This document shows positions 63,743-64,000 of a stretch of DNA of 64,000 nt, in pieces (position 1 is the stretch's first letter; the number at the start of each line of letters is the position of its first letter). The stretch is from positions 193,130,001-193,194,000 of the forward strand of contig NC_042998.1 in NCBI RefSeq assembly GCF_006345805.1, read 5' to 3'. Source of the DNA: Octopus sinensis (Eukaryota). The notes under the pieces are model-generated. The model made no database searches, was not told the origin of the DNA, and was given only the letters and a program-made list of their open reading frames with translations. Position numbers and translations under genes: made by a program.

Positions 63743-64000
63743 ATGACATGCAGCGTCTGTGCAAGACCCTGCCTCAGTAAAGCTGGACTCAAGAGTCAAC
63801 TTCGTAGTCATAAAGCGAGACAGATGAGTGACAACCTGGCCACTGATGGTGATGTTACACACCATACTAATTATATCTGTCGGGCATGTGGAAGAGAGTG
63901 TAATTCGGCAGGAGGACTTAAACGACATGCAAAGGTACATGAAGCCCAGTTACAACTACAGCCGGCTATTACCAGTAAAGGTTTTAGCTGCCAATTTTGT
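63743..64000 (+). CDS. Open frame with C2H2-type zinc fingers running off the window end; probably an RTE-type LINE C-terminus
   Basis: MTCSVCARPCLSKAGLKSQLRSH..ICRACGRECNSAGGLKRHAKVH..FSCQFC; 86 codons, no stop, long non-TGEKP linkers. Confidence 0.7.
   Translation, partial: MTCSVCARPCLSKAGLKSQLRSHKARQMSDNLATDGDVTHHTNYICRACGRECNSAGGLKRHAKVHEAQLQLQPAITSKGFSCQFC

Overview
AT-rich, repeat-saturated animal genomic DNA, most likely intronic or intergenic sequence from a coleoid cephalopod (octopus). That assignment is an inference from the tRNA-derived SINE families, which resemble the octopus OK/OR-type SINEs, and from the LINE and microsatellite landscape. There are no prokaryotic features, CRISPR arrays, rRNA genes or recognisable multi-exon gene, and most ORF-track entries are microsatellite or antisense-SINE artefacts. 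Contents: about 30 SINE copies from at least five modular families; CR1-type, RTE, Penelope (GIY-YIG plus an inverted RT piece), R4/Dong-type and HERO-type LINE relics; two Merlin-like MITEs with 8-bp TSDs; a hAT-like MITE; two Helitron/HINE-like elements; a 150-bp near-perfect hairpin; and several minimal hammerhead-ribozyme motifs. The strongest oddity is 42255-47074. Here two ~670-bp inverted arms, containing perfectly identical blocks, each lead inward into coding-like sequence: an intact 221-aa orphan ORF on + and a frameshifted, apparently paralogous frame on -. A GC-richer, highly base-paired segment lies between them. A second theme is microsatellite-associated insertion: an R4/Dong-type element is flanked by (ACAT)n at two loci, and a 554-bp non-coding element sits in (ATT)n with its empty site preserved in the opposite arm. 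All alignments and folds were done by eye, so identities are estimates.
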